Positions 20,851 through 31,900 are shown, numbered from the stretch's first letter. The stretch: DNA of 64,000 nucleotides from Candidatus Heimdallarchaeum aukensis (GCA_021513695.1 CP084166.1:928001-992000), one strand, 5' to 3'. Notes: generated from the letters alone by a model not told the origin. Numbers and translations are program-made.

Positions 20851-22863
20851 TTGATACAAGCAGTTAAACAATTAGGAAAAAAAATACGAGAGATTTATCC
20901 TGAAAAATATGCAGATTTTGTCGATGTCTTTATTGCAGATGTAAAAACAGATTTATTTTTGATAGAATTAGAGAAAAAAGAAAACGATTTTCAATATAAT
21001 AAAATTGTTTGGATGGAACCAAAACCTGAGATAATTCCTAAATTACTTTATAAAGACTTTGGGAGAAATATCAAAATTAGACCTGCGCCTGTAGCTAAAG
21101 TAGGTTATTTCCAGACCAAATCAAAAGATGGTAAAATTTCAGAAAAAGAGCTCGAGAATCACAAGAAGAAAATAAAAAGCGAACTAGACGCTTCCATAAT
21201 TAAATGGTTTTCTCAAGAAATTGATAGAAGAAAAGAAGGTAGTGAAAAAAGAATTTTCTTGGAAAATATAAAAAAAGGAATACTCAATTCATTAGATAAT
21301 ATAATTACAGATATTAAAGAACAGATGGATTTTTCAGGTCAAAATAAGAAAAAAAATGAAAAGTGTATAATAACACTACAATTTTTGGAAGGTGGTAAAG
21401 AATATTACCTTCGTGACTTTGATATTTTTTCTAAAGCTTTTTTAGATAAAAACTTGGAACGTTACGCAAATAAATGGGGAATAACTTCTAAAGGAGAAGA
21501 TGCTGTTTGTTCATTATGTCATGAGAAAAAAGAAGAAGTCTTTGGTTGTGCCTCAGACATTTTTAGCTGGTACACTCTTGATAAAAGAGGATTTGCACCA
21601 TTCTTTGATCAGACTTTAGGATGGAAACTATTTCCTGTCTGTAAAGAATGTATTATTGATCTAGAGATAGGCAAAAAATTTGTTTTAAACAATCTACGTC
21701 TTAAGTTTAATGATTTTACTAACTTTTTCTTAATTCCAAAGCTTCTAAATCCTAAAATTATCGATAAGGGTATTTTGAGAAGATTTGAGCTTTTCAAGAG
21801 TATTTCAGTTGAAAATAATGAACTATTGGAAAAATATAGGAAAAAAGAAGAGATACTTAAGAGAGCTACAAAAAGCACAATTGAAATGATCGGAGAACAA
21901 GAAAAAGATAACAATTTTACGCAGAATATGATTTTCCTGAATTTAATTTTCTTTGATGATGATGGAAAATCTATAAAGATTCTACGTAGTATTGAAGATG
22001 TTCTTCCTTCCAGGTTTGTTCAGATAACTGATGAGCTATATAAAATAAATAAGGATGAAACTTTGGACAGCTATAAAATTTATTTGCAATTAGTTTTAAA
22101 CATCTTATATCTGGAAAAAGAAAGTAAACGCGGTTCTACAATTGATAAAAAGTATTTATCTACAATCGATTCTCTTCTTAAAGATGTACCTTTAGATTAT
22201 GATGTTCTTATAAAGGATATCGCTTCAAGTTGTCAAGAGATAGTAAAGGAAAGTTATCTTTCTGATAACAATCTAAAAAAAATAGCTAAAAAAATTACAA
22301 ATATTGACAAAGGTAATAATGACGTAGAATTTGGCAACTCTTATGAGTTAATAATTAATGCTTATTTAAAATATTTAGTTTTATTAAAAAGATTAAATCT
22401 AATCCAAAAATGGAGGGTATCAAAAATGATTGATAAAACAGGACTTGAAGAAGAAATATCAGATAATAAGAGTCGACTAAGCATCTTAAATTCAATATTT
22501 AATGCTTATTCTGACTTTTTTGATCAACCCATTATTCGTGCTGTCTTTGTATTAGGCATTTTGACTAAGCTATTGATGAATATTCAGTATCGCAATCTCA
22601 ATGCTACGCCTTTTTTCAACAGGTTAAATGGGTTAAAATTGAATAAAAGAATAATAATCAAACTTGTTTCCGAAGTAAAAGGAAAACTAAGTGAATACTC
22701 TATAGCTTATGTTGATTTAGAAGAAGAGATGGCTAAATACTTCTTAGAAGCTGGTCACAATTGGCTGGTTTCTGATGACGAACTTAGTTTCTTCTTCGCT
22801 TTGGGAATGAATAACGCGAGTAAATTTAAATCAGAAACAAAAGAAGGTGAAGAAAATGAGTGA
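20851..22863 (+). CDS. cas8b: Cas8b (Csh1) large subunit of type I-B Cascade.
   Basis: 670 aa, located between cas6 and cas7. It carries a Cys-rich zinc-finger-like segment (CSLCHEKKEE..CKEC). Confidence 0.8.
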   Translation: MIQAVKQLGKKIREIYPEKYADFVDVFIADVKTDLFLIELEKKENDFQYNKIVWMEPKPEIIPKLLYKDFGRNIKIRPAPVAKVGYFQTKSKDGKISEKELENHKKKIKSELDASIIKWFSQEIDRRKEGSEKRIFLENIKKGILNSLDNIITDIKEQMDFSGQNKKKNEKCIITLQFLEGGKEYYLRDFDIFSKAFLDKNLERYANKWGITSKGEDAVCSLCHEKKEEVFGCASDIFSWYTLDKRGFAPFFDQTLGWKLFPVCKECIIDLEIGKKFVLNNLRLKFNDFTNFFLIPKLLNPKIIDKGILRRFELFKSISVENNELLEKYRKKEEILKRATKSTIEMIGEQEKDNNFTQNMIFLNLIFFDDDGKSIKILRSIEDVLPSRFVQITDELYKINKDETLDSYKIYLQLVLNILYLEKESKRGSTIDKKYLSTIDSLLKDVPLDYDVLIKDIASSCQEIVKESYLSDNNLKKIAKKITNIDKGNNDVEFGNSYELIINAYLKYLVLLKRLNLIQKWRVSKMIDKTGLEEEISDNKSRLSILNSIFNAYSDFFDQPIIRAVFVLGILTKLLMNIQYRNLNATPFFNRLNGLKLNKRIIIKLVSEVKGKLSEYSIAYVDLEEEMAKYFLEAGHNWLVSDDELSFFFALGMNNASKFKSETKEGEENE

Positions 22864-23785
22864 AATAATAAAAAATAGGTCTGAAATAGTTTTTTTGTAT
22901 GATGTTAGAGACGGTAATCCAAATGGTGACCCTGCTGATGGGAACAAGCCTAGGATTGATGAAACCAGTGGTATCAACATAGTAACTGATGTTCGACTAA
23001 AGAGAACAATAAGAGACTATATAAACAAGGTTAAAGGCCATGAAATTTTTGTTAAAAAGATAGAAGACTTAGAAGGGATAATCCAAACTTCTAAACAACG
23101 AGCACAAGATTTTCAGAATGATCCAGATAAGATTCTTTCTGAATGCGTGGATGTCAGGATGTTTGGGGGAACTATACCAATAAAAATTTCTGATAAGAAA
23201 GATGGTAGCATTACTTTTACTGGTCCCGTTCAATTCTCTATGGGGAGATCTCTTCACAGAGTCGAGTTAAAACATGTTAAAGGAACAGGAGCTTTTGCTT
23301 CTTCAGAAGGAAAGAAACAACAGACTTTTCGAGAAGAGTGGATACTACCTTATTCACTAATAAGCTTTTATGGTGTAATAAATGAGAATGGTGCAGAAGA
23401 TACACAGTTAACCGAAGAGGATGTTAAGCTTCTTGTAGAAAGTATCTGGAATGGGACTAATGATTTGTTAACAAGAAGTAAGATGGTTCATAGATCTAGA
23501 GTTCTTTTACAAATTATTTACCAAGAGAAAAACTTCCATGTCGGAGAGCTTGACAAAAAGATTAAGATGAAGGCTAAAGTTGAAGATGAAAAAATTAGAG
23601 GTACGGATGACTACACTCTTGAATTTGATAATTTTGTAGAAGCGATCAAAAATAACAAAGAAAAAGTAAAAATTATTCGTTACAAAGTAGATGACAGTAT
23701 TAATCTTGAATTTAATGGTGACAAAAAGACTATAGAAGAGATTCTAAAACTTACAGAATGTGAATTGGAAGAGCTGAAATTTTAA
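22847..23785 (+). CDS. cas7: Cas7 (Csh2) backbone subunit.
   Basis: The N-terminal signature LYDVRDGNPNGDPADGNKPR is typical of I-B/I-C Cas7. The true start is probably the ATG at 22859, preceded by GGTGA. Confidence 0.9.
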   Translation: MKKMSEIIKNRSEIVFLYDVRDGNPNGDPADGNKPRIDETSGINIVTDVRLKRTIRDYINKVKGHEIFVKKIEDLEGIIQTSKQRAQDFQNDPDKILSECVDVRMFGGTIPIKISDKKDGSITFTGPVQFSMGRSLHRVELKHVKGTGAFASSEGKKQQTFREEWILPYSLISFYGVINENGAEDTQLTEEDVKLLVESIWNGTNDLLTRSKMVHRSRVLLQIIYQEKNFHVGELDKKIKMKAKVEDEKIRGTDDYTLEFDNFVEAIKNNKEKVKIIRYKVDDSINLEFNGDKKTIEEILKLTECELEELKF

Positions 23786-23791
23786 TAATAG

Positions 23792-24553
23792 GTGAGACTA
23801 ATGCTAAAACAGGAAGCTGAAGTAAGAGAAGTTTTAGTTTTCGATATTTGGGGTGATTTTGCTCATTTTAAGAAAAACTATGCTACAACTTCAGCTCTTA
23901 CATACAATTTTCCTCCTCGAAATACTATTGCAGGAATAATTGGAGCAATTTTAGGTTTAAAGAGGGCAGATTTTCCTGAAAAATTGTCTCCTGAAAAGAG
24001 TTACATTGGTGTTTCAATACTCTCTCCAATAATGAAAAAAACTATTACAATGAATCTTATTCACACTAAACCTTCTGAATCACTTATATTCAAAAATAAT
24101 TTTGGTTATTTCAAAAAGCACACACAGATTCCTTTTCAATTTTTATCTAATATCTCATTTAGGGTGTATTTTTCAACTGACGATGAGGAAATGTTTTCAC
24201 AACTATATACATATCTTAAAAACCATAAGTCTCATTATACAGTTTCGTTAGGTTTGAGCAATCTACTTTGTAACTTTAAGTTAATAGGAAAAAAAACAAT
24301 AAGAAAAAAAGAAGTAGCTAACAAAGAAGTAGAGGTTTTAACAGTAATTCCGATGAACAAAGTCAAAGAAGTAAATGTGTTTAAAAATCCTAAAATGAAT
24401 ATCGAGAATTTACCCAGATTTATCGATAGTTCAAGAACAGTTCATGAATACCAGGAAGTTCTATCAAGCATGGATCCAGAAAAACCTCTTTTTGTAGTCC
24501 CTAGAGATACCTTATGGGAGATTGAAAATGACAAATTCATCAGTTTCCTCTGA
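23792..24553 (+). CDS. cas5: Cas5 (Cas5h/Cas5b).
   Basis: ~250 aa. The N-terminal LVFDIWGDFAHFKK..PPRNTIAGIIGAILG is typical of Cas5. It sits between cas7 and cas3. Confidence 0.85.
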   Translation: MRLMLKQEAEVREVLVFDIWGDFAHFKKNYATTSALTYNFPPRNTIAGIIGAILGLKRADFPEKLSPEKSYIGVSILSPIMKKTITMNLIHTKPSESLIFKNNFGYFKKHTQIPFQFLSNISFRVYFSTDDEEMFSQLYTYLKNHKSHYTVSLGLSNLLCNFKLIGKKTIRKKEVANKEVEVLTVIPMNKVKEVNVFKNPKMNIENLPRFIDSSRTVHEYQEVLSSMDPEKPLFVVPRDTLWEIENDKFISFL

Positions 24554-26990
24554 AAATCAGATAAACATTTTTTCTCACCCTAATAAAAATATTTTAGAAC
24601 ATTTAAGTGAGACAGAAAGAGAAATTCTAAATATCCTTGAAAAACTACAGCCCAATTTTTCAATCAAAAAAAACATTATTATCGAAATCGCTAGAATTTT
24701 AGCTTTAACACATGATATTGGAAAATGCACAATCTTTTTTCAAGAATATCTTCATTCAAACGAAGAAAATAACTTCAAAAAATTGGGAGAATATCAAAGT
24801 TCAAAACTTCACCACCATGGACTAATCTCTGCAGTTTTTACCTATTATACACTAAAGAAACTTTTAAATTCAAATAATGAGCAGTTCTATGACCTGAATA
24901 GTGGATATAAAGACCTATTACCTCATATAGGCTTTTTAACAACAAAAAAACATCATGGTAATTTAGGAAATTTTTATGATGAGATTATTATAAACAGAAC
25001 AAGTGAAGAAAAGATTAGACAGCAACTAGAAAATTTCCATCCCCAATTCGAAAATGTTGTCGAATTCATAAGAAATAAAATTAATATAACAATTTCATTT
25101 AATGAATTTTCAGAATCCTTTGGAGATTTAATTGATGAATTAGCTTTCAGTGATGAACTATTATTGAACTATTATGAAAATAGTAGAGATTGTGAACTTT
25201 ATCTATTTACTTTATTTTTACATTCAATCTTAACAGATGCAGATAAAACTTCTGCTATTGGTGTCTCTAAGCCTATTCTTCCATTTATTTCTTCTAACAA
25301 AATTATCAAAAACAGGAAAAAAATAATCCAGAAAAAAGGAAAAAAGACATATTTAGATAACTTAAGAGAGAATATTTACAAAGAAGTAATTGCAAAGATA
25401 GAAAAAACACCTTTAGATAACAAAATATTTACATTAACAGCTCCTACAGGTTCAGGAAAAACTCTCACAGTTTTTGAAGCAGCATTTAGATTGAAAGATA
25501 AAATTTTAAGGAGAACTAATATAGAAATGAAAATTATTTATTGCCTTCCATTTCTCAGCATCATTGATCAAAATGCTCACATTATTAACCAACTGCTAGA
25601 TCCTGACTCAGTTAAGTTTCTTCCTTCAACTCAACTACTAATTCATCATTACTTGGCAGAAGTTCAATACAGCTCTTATGAAGAAGATTATACCTTTGAT
25701 GAAAGTAGATTCCTAATTGAGGATTGGCATTCTTCAGTTATTATTACAACCTTTATTCAGCTTTTTCATAGTATTTTTACCAATAGAAATAGCAAGATAA
25801 GGAAACATCACAATATACAAAATTCTATCATAATACTTGATGAAGTTCAAAACATTCCTCATAAGTATTGGTTATTGATCAGGGAAGTTTTTCAAAGATT
25901 ATCAGAGATCGAGAATGTTTATATCATTTTTACAACAGCCACACAGCCTAAAATTTTTAGTTCAGAAGAGAAAGTTGTTGAATTACTTGAAAATAAGGAA
26001 AAATACTTTGAACAGTTAAGTAGAATTACTTTAGAACCAAAAATTGATAACAATATCACACTCAACGAGTTTATTTTAGAAATTAATGAGAAACTGCAAA
26101 AGAACAGTGACAAGGATATTCTAATTGTTGCGAATACAATCCGAGAAGCTCAAGAGATTTTTGACAGTATTAATTTTAAAAAAGATCATGATAAGTTATT
26201 TTTCCTTTCAAGTCAAATAATCCCTAGAAAGAGGAAAGAAAGAATTGAAGAAATAAAGAGAAAATTAGAAAAAGAAAAAGATAAAAGAGAGAGTAATGAA
26301 AAACGAATTATTTTAGTAACTACCCAATTAATTGAAGCAGGAGTAGATATCGATTTTGATATTGTAATAAGAGATTTAGGACCAATAGATTCTATAAATC
26401 AAGTAGCAGGAAGATGTAACAGAAACGGAGAAGAAGAAAAGGGAAAAACAATTGTTTATTCAGTCATTGACCAAAAAACAAAAAGATTATTTGCTTCATA
26501 CATTTATGACGGATTTATTTTAAGTAAAACGAAGGATGTTCTAAAAAACAAAAGAGTGATAGAAGAACAAGAATTCCTCAAAATCATTGACGATTATTAT
26601 TTAAGCATCGAAAAGACAGGGGACACAATAACCTCCACTAATATACTAGACTCTATCTTTAATTTAGAGTTTGATGAAATAGGTAAATTTAGCCTGATAG
26701 AAGAAAGAGCTGATCAAGTTCCTGTTTTTATTGAGATAGATAAAAAGGCAAAGGAAATTTGGGCAGAATATTTGGAAATATGGAATATTAAAGATTGGAA
26801 GAAAAGAAATGAGAAATTTATAAAAATCAAAAATGATCTCTATAGTAACTTAATTAACGTAGACAAGAAAAAAATCAAAACAATTGAGCAAATAAAGGGT
26901 TATTATTATATCGATTTTCAAAATGCTAGGAACTACTACGACAATGAAAAAGGTTTCATTGGGAAAGAAAAAGATGTTATTTTATTATAA
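24522..26990 (+). CDS. cas3: Cas3 with an N-terminal HD nuclease domain and a DExH helicase.
   Basis: HD motif LTHDIGK. Helicase motifs TAPTGSGKT, ILDEVQ, TATQP and VTTQLIEAGVDIDFD. 822 aa. Confidence 0.9.
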   Translation: MKMTNSSVSSENQINIFSHPNKNILEHLSETEREILNILEKLQPNFSIKKNIIIEIARILALTHDIGKCTIFFQEYLHSNEENNFKKLGEYQSSKLHHHGLISAVFTYYTLKKLLNSNNEQFYDLNSGYKDLLPHIGFLTTKKHHGNLGNFYDEIIINRTSEEKIRQQLENFHPQFENVVEFIRNKINITISFNEFSESFGDLIDELAFSDELLLNYYENSRDCELYLFTLFLHSILTDADKTSAIGVSKPILPFISSNKIIKNRKKIIQKKGKKTYLDNLRENIYKEVIAKIEKTPLDNKIFTLTAPTGSGKTLTVFEAAFRLKDKILRRTNIEMKIIYCLPFLSIIDQNAHIINQLLDPDSVKFLPSTQLLIHHYLAEVQYSSYEEDYTFDESRFLIEDWHSSVIITTFIQLFHSIFTNRNSKIRKHHNIQNSIIILDEVQNIPHKYWLLIREVFQRLSEIENVYIIFTTATQPKIFSSEEKVVELLENKEKYFEQLSRITLEPKIDNNITLNEFILEINEKLQKNSDKDILIVANTIREAQEIFDSINFKKDHDKLFFLSSQIIPRKRKERIEEIKRKLEKEKDKRESNEKRIILVTTQLIEAGVDIDFDIVIRDLGPIDSINQVAGRCNRNGEEEKGKTIVYSVIDQKTKRLFASYIYDGFILSKTKDVLKNKRVIEEQEFLKIIDDYYLSIEKTGDTITSTNILDSIFNLEFDEIGKFSLIEERADQVPVFIEIDKKAKEIWAEYLEIWNIKDWKKRNEKFIKIKNDLYSNLINVDKKKIKTIEQIKGYYYIDFQNARNYYDNEKGFIGKEKDVILL

Positions 26991-27002
26991 CGAAATGATG
27001 GA

Positions 27003-27031
27003 GTTCAAGCTAAACTAAGTAGTATGAAAAT
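27003..27031 (+). repeat. Solitary degenerate CRISPR repeat (26/29 identical: GTTCAAGCTAAACTAAGTAGTATGAAAAT) in the cas3-cas4 intergenic spacer. It is in the same orientation as the cas genes and array 2.
   Basis: Direct comparison with the array repeat GTTTAAGCTGAACTAAGTAGTGTGAAAAT shows 3 mismatches. No second repeat lies nearby. Confidence 0.8.
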
Positions 27032-27073
27032 TAGAGGTAGAAGTAATGGTATTAAATTCTTGGTGAAATTGTA

Positions 27074-27604
27074 ATGGTGGAGTTAAATCATATTAGCATT
27101 AAGAATACTGATTTTGCAGTAACTGGAGTAATGGTTCAATATTTATTTTCATGTAAAAGAGAATTGTGGTTTTTTACCAAAAAAATTGATTTCAACAAAG
27201 AGGATCAGAACATTCAAATTGGCAAAATAATACATGAAACAAGCTATAAACGAAATAAAAAAGAGTTTGACTTAGGTTTTGTAAAATTTGACTTAATTGA
27301 AACAAAAAACAGGATAATAATTTCTGAAATAAAAAAATCTTCAAAACTTTTGGAACCTGCAAAAATGCAACTTTTGTATTATGTTTACATTTTAAGTAAA
27401 ATAACTGAAAAAGAAGTAGAAGGAGAAATTAGAATTCCAAAAGAGAGAAAAAAAGTAAAGATTCAATTGCAAAACGAAGAAGAAAAATTAATTCAAAAAG
27501 CTTTGAGAGAGATTAAAGAAATTTCCTTACTGGAAAGACCTCCCAAAGCAGAAAAAAAATTTTATTGTAAGAATTGCGCTTATTACATTTTTTGCTGGGT
27601 TTGA
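27074..27604 (+). CDS. cas4: Cas4 (RecB-like nuclease with a C-terminal Cys cluster).
   Basis: 176 aa. An N-terminal Cys (FSCKREL), a C-terminal CKNCAYYIFC, and a RecB-like core (IGKIIHE). Confidence 0.85.
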   Translation: MVELNHISIKNTDFAVTGVMVQYLFSCKRELWFFTKKIDFNKEDQNIQIGKIIHETSYKRNKKEFDLGFVKFDLIETKNRIIISEIKKSSKLLEPAKMQLLYYVYILSKITEKEVEGEIRIPKERKKVKIQLQNEEEKLIQKALREIKEISLLERPPKAEKKFYCKNCAYYIFCWV

Positions 27605-28591
27605 GTGAAAAAAATGAAAGATTCTATTTACATTACAAAGGAAGGAGTAATTTACAGAAAAGATAATACTATTGTTTTTCAAAATCAAGAACAAAAGCAT
27701 ACTTTACCTATCGAAGCAGTGAAAGATATATATTGTATTGGCAAAGTAACTATAAGATCTGGAGCAGCTTATCAACTAATGGAAAAAAGGATTCCTGTAC
27801 ATTTTTTCGGAAAATATGGACACTATAGAGGAACATTACAACCAAAACAAGATCTAATCTCTGGAGAAGTAATAGTAAAACAAGTTCAACATTATACTGA
27901 TTACATAAAAAGAATAAAAATTGCAAAAGAGATGTTTAAAGGAATAAAACACAACATTCTCTGGGTTCTAAAATATTACAAATCAAAAAGAGATATAGAA
28001 GATGTAGTTGAAAAAATTGAACATGTTAATATTCAAGAAGAAATATTAAAAATAAATACATTAAGAAGTTTAGAAGGTCAAATATGGGAACTTTTCTATC
28101 AAGCTGCTGATACAATTTGTCCTTCATGGGGTTTTAGAAAAAGGACTAGAAGGCCTCCTTTAGATGAAGGAAATGCACTAATATCTTATGGAAACTCAGT
28201 TCTATATGGAAAAACAATTTCTGAAATATTCAAAACTTATCTTCATCCTGCAATTTCGTTTATACACGAACCAAGTGAAAGAAGGTACTCTTTAGCCTTA
28301 GATCTAGCTGATATTTTCAAACCAGTAATAGTTTTTAGAACAGTCTTCAGGCTTATAAATCAGAAAATAATTTCAAAGAAAGATTTTGAAAAAGAAGTAG
28401 GAGTCCAAATTTCAGAAAAAGGAAAAAAAGTATTTATCACAGAATTAGAAAAAACATTCACAACTACAGTAAGACATCCAAATCTGAAAAGAAATACCTC
28501 ATACCAGTTTTTGATAAGACTTGAAGGACTAAAAATAATGAAACATGTTCTAGGAGATAAAAAATATGAAAGCTTTAAAGCATGGTGGTAG
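27605..28591 (+). CDS. cas1: Cas1 integrase.
   Basis: 328 aa, sharing the N-terminal Cas1 fold signature (IYITKEGVIYRKDNTIVF). It is adjacent to and overlaps cas2. The likely start is the ATG at 27614. Confidence 0.9.
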   Translation: MKKMKDSIYITKEGVIYRKDNTIVFQNQEQKHTLPIEAVKDIYCIGKVTIRSGAAYQLMEKRIPVHFFGKYGHYRGTLQPKQDLISGEVIVKQVQHYTDYIKRIKIAKEMFKGIKHNILWVLKYYKSKRDIEDVVEKIEHVNIQEEILKINTLRSLEGQIWELFYQAADTICPSWGFRKRTRRPPLDEGNALISYGNSVLYGKTISEIFKTYLHPAISFIHEPSERRYSLALDLADIFKPVIVFRTVFRLINQKIISKKDFEKEVGVQISEKGKKVFITELEKTFTTTVRHPNLKRNTSYQFLIRLEGLKIMKHVLGDKKYESFKAWW

Positions 28592-28857
28592 AGATATACG
28601 TGATAATCGTTTATGACGTGGGAGAAGAAAGAGTAAATAGAATACATAAATTCTTGAAAGCATATTTAACATGGACACAAAATTCAGTATTTGAAGGAAA
28701 AATAACAAAAGCAACATTAGCTCAAATAAAAACAGGAATAAAAAGCATAATAAAAAAAGAAGTCGATTCAATAAAAATATTCAAAATAAAAGGAGAACAA
28801 TGGATGAATATTGAAATAATGGGAGTAGAAAAAAATAAGTTTCAGAATATAATTTAG
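28582..28857 (+). CDS. cas2: Cas2.
   Basis: 91 aa with the N-terminal VIIVYDV motif. It lies immediately upstream of the leader of array 2. Confidence 0.9.
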   Translation: MVVEIYVIIVYDVGEERVNRIHKFLKAYLTWTQNSVFEGKITKATLAQIKTGIKSIIKKEVDSIKIFKIKGEQWMNIEIMGVEKNKFQNII

Positions 28858-28971
28858 GTAAATCGTAAGAATCAGGTCGACATTTATAAAGATGATACAT
28901 TATTGGAGGTCGACCAGGAAGGTGAGTGACAAAAGGAAAGAAAAATATAACTAGAAAAGAAAATAAACTTC
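28858..28971 (+). promoter_or_regulatory. CRISPR leader of array 2 (TATA-like TTTATAAAG at ~28883). It is nearly identical to the array-1 leader.
   Basis: See the array-1 leader. It sits directly between the cas2 stop and the first repeat. Confidence 0.8.
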
Positions 28972-31900
28972 GTTTAAGCTGAACTAAGTAGTGTGAAAAT
29001 TTCTTTTGTTCTTTGGAGGAGGACAACCTTCAACGAGTTTAAGCTGAACTAAGTAGTGTGAAAATCAGTCTGGGTATATTTTATGCCCCTCAATATTTTG
29101 AGTTTAAGCTGAACTAAGTAGTGTGAAAATTGCTGGCTGGACTGGGCATAATTTCCAGAAATCTCTGTTTAAGCTGAACTAAGTAGTGTGAAAATAGTAA
29201 AATAGCTTTTATTTATTCCGTAGTAATATATGGTTTAAGCTGAACTAAGTAGTGTGAAAATCGCTATTGTAGTCGAGTTAGAAGATGGAGAGATTGAGTT
29301 TAAGCTGAACTAAGTAGTGTGAAAATAAATATATTGTGATGAATTGGATAAAAGAACTAAAAGTTTAAGCTGAACTAAGTAGTGTGAAAATAAACCAGAA
29401 GGAATGACTTTCATTCCTGCTACAGGTTTAAGCTGAACTAAGTAGTGTGAAAATTAATCAGAATAAAATGCTCATAATCATTGGTATAATAGTTTAAGCT
29501 GAACTAAGTAGTGTGAAAATGCAAAGCAATGAAAGGAGTGTTTTGTCTGGTGAGGTCGTTTAAGCTGAACTAAGTAGTGTGAAAATCAATCAGATTTGAG
29601 GGACAAAATAGTCCCGTTGGGACGTTTAAGCTGAACTAAGTAGTGTGAAAATACTGAAGAACAAGAAAAGAATATAAAAAGAACCAAGGTTTAAGCTGAA
29701 CTAAGTAGTGTGAAAATTAATATATCTATCGACTTGAACAAATTAGTTGAAGAGGGTTTAAGCTGAACTAAGTAGTGTGAAAATGGTAAATCCCCCAACA
29801 ATCCTGAAAGTGTTAAATTTGTTTAAGCTGAACTAAGTAGTGTGAAAATATTGTTCTTTTTTCAAATCATCTATTTTTTTTGCTCGTTTAAGCTGAACTA
29901 AGTAGTGTGAAAATTACAATTGACAGTAGTCACACACAAACCATTTAGGTGTTTAAGCTGAACTAAGTAGTGTGAAAATAAAATTCTTCGTGTGTCATAT
30001 AAAAGGCATCATCAGTTTAAGCTGAACTAAGTAGTGTGAAAATAGATCAGAGAGACTTGGGTAGAGTTAGTGAGATCTATGTTTAAGCTGAACTAAGTAG
30101 TGTGAAAATTACATATTTTTGAATAATTGAGACATGCATATGACGTTTAAGCTGAACTAAGTAGTGTGAAAATACAGCTCTCAACTGATAAGAGCGTTCT
30201 TTTTCATTGTTTAAGCTGAACTAAGTAGTGTGAAAATTTGTCAAAGTGTTTGTATAAGTGTCAATATAATCTGTTTAAGCTGAACTAAGTAGTGTGAAAA
30301 TATGTCTTTAGAGACTTGTTGAAGAGCAGGATTGTCAGGTTTAAGCTGAACTAAGTAGTGTGAAAATCAAGCATTTCTGCGATAACGACACCAGAACCAT
30401 TAAGTTTAAGCTGAACTAAGTAGTGTGAAAATTAAATGTGGTCGTGTATCGTTATATGGTGCTCTGAAATGTTTAAGCTGAACTAAGTAGTGTGAAAATA
30501 TATCTCCAGAGTGCCAAATTTCAACATTTGACACGTTTAAGCTGAACTAAGTAGTGTGAAAATCCAATTAATTAAGCCGCTGTTTCAAAAGGTGGTTCAG
30601 TTTAAGCTGAACTAAGTAGTGTGAAAATTTCGATGGATCCATAAAGGTAAATTAGGATCCCAAAAGTTTAAGCTGAACTAAGTAGTGTGAAAATAAAAAG
30701 CCAAGAGATGGATTGATGAACAAAAAAACCGTTTAAGCTGAACTAAGTAGTGTGAAAATCAGTCTGGATAGAGTTTGTGCCCATTAATATTCTGAATTGT
30801 TTAAGCTGAACTAAGTAGTGTGAAAATAGAGTAGGATTGTCAGATTGATCCATAAGGTATAGAAGTTTAAGCTGAACTAAGTAGTGTGAAAATGGTGACG
30901 CCACAAGCGAGGCATTCCCAAGCTCAATAGTTTAAGCTGAACTAAGTAGTGTGAAAATGGATTAAAAAATATGTCTCCTCTCGCTCGTTACGGGTTTAAG
31001 CTGAACTAAGTAGTGTGAAAATAATATCTTTAGATACCTGTTGAAGAGCGGAGTTGGTTTAAGCTGAACTAAGTAGTGTGAAAATCCAAAATTCTCGACT
31101 GCCTCTAAAGCAAATGAGAAAGTTTAAGCTGAACTAAGTAGTGTGAAAATTTTTTTTTCTGTCTGTTATTTCTTCTACTTCTTCTGTTTAAGCTGAACTA
31201 AGTAGTGTGAAAATTTATGATATGCGAACGTTTGCATGTTTGCGAATACAAGTTTAAGCTGAACTAAGTAGTGTGAAAATAGAAAACGTTTGGCTCGAAT
31301 GGATTGGTTTCTATGTCGTTTAAGCTGAACTAAGTAGTGTGAAAATTTGCTAAACCCGCCGCATAATCTTTTTTCTTTTATTTTGTTTAAGCTGAACTAA
31401 GTAGTGTGAAAATTAACCTGCAGAAATATCTTGTAAAATCTTGAATTCAACCTTGTTTAAGCTGAACTAAGTAGTGTGAAAATTAGTTTTGATTTGTAAA
31501 AGACGGATATCCACTTGTTGTGCTGTTTAAGCTGAACTAAGTAGTGTGAAAATATCAACACGTGGGTTTCTATCCAAATCTAATCCTCTGTTGTTTAAGC
31601 TGAACTAAGTAGTGTGAAAATAGCGATATAAAGAAGTTATCCTTTTCAGTATAATAAGGTTTAAGCTGAACTAAGTAGTGTGAAAATAAATTTCTAAAAA
31701 TATTGAAAGGTCAAAATCAAGATTGTTTAAGCTGAACTAAGTAGTGTGAAAATCTAACATGTGTAAGATTCATTGGGCCAATCCAAATTGTTTAAGCTGA
31801 ACTAAGTAGTGTGAAAATCTAAACACAATTTGCATGATGCCATGCTTGTTTTTTGTTTAAGCTGAACTAAGTAGTGTGAAAATGTTGGTTGTGTATAGTG

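Noticed and set aside
20023-28857. Classifying the system as type I-A or I-D
   Set aside because: There is a single Cas3 with a fused HD domain and no csa5/cas3 split or cas10d. The order cas6-cas8b-cas7-cas5-cas3-cas4-cas1-cas2 and the NPNGDP Cas7 fit I-B.
28360-29026. ORF-track entries 28360..28647(-), 28550..28771(-), 28781..29026(-) and the many short ORFs antisense to long genes (e.g. 1091..1276, 1120..1362, 1839..2337, 38155..38617, 53541..54205)
   Set aside because: They lie antisense to or inside strongly supported genes (cas1/cas2, ChlID, DMT transporter, HdrA) or run into CRISPR repeats. Their low-complexity Phe/Leu/Ser-rich translations are typical of the reverse frame of AT-rich Lys/Glu-rich genes.
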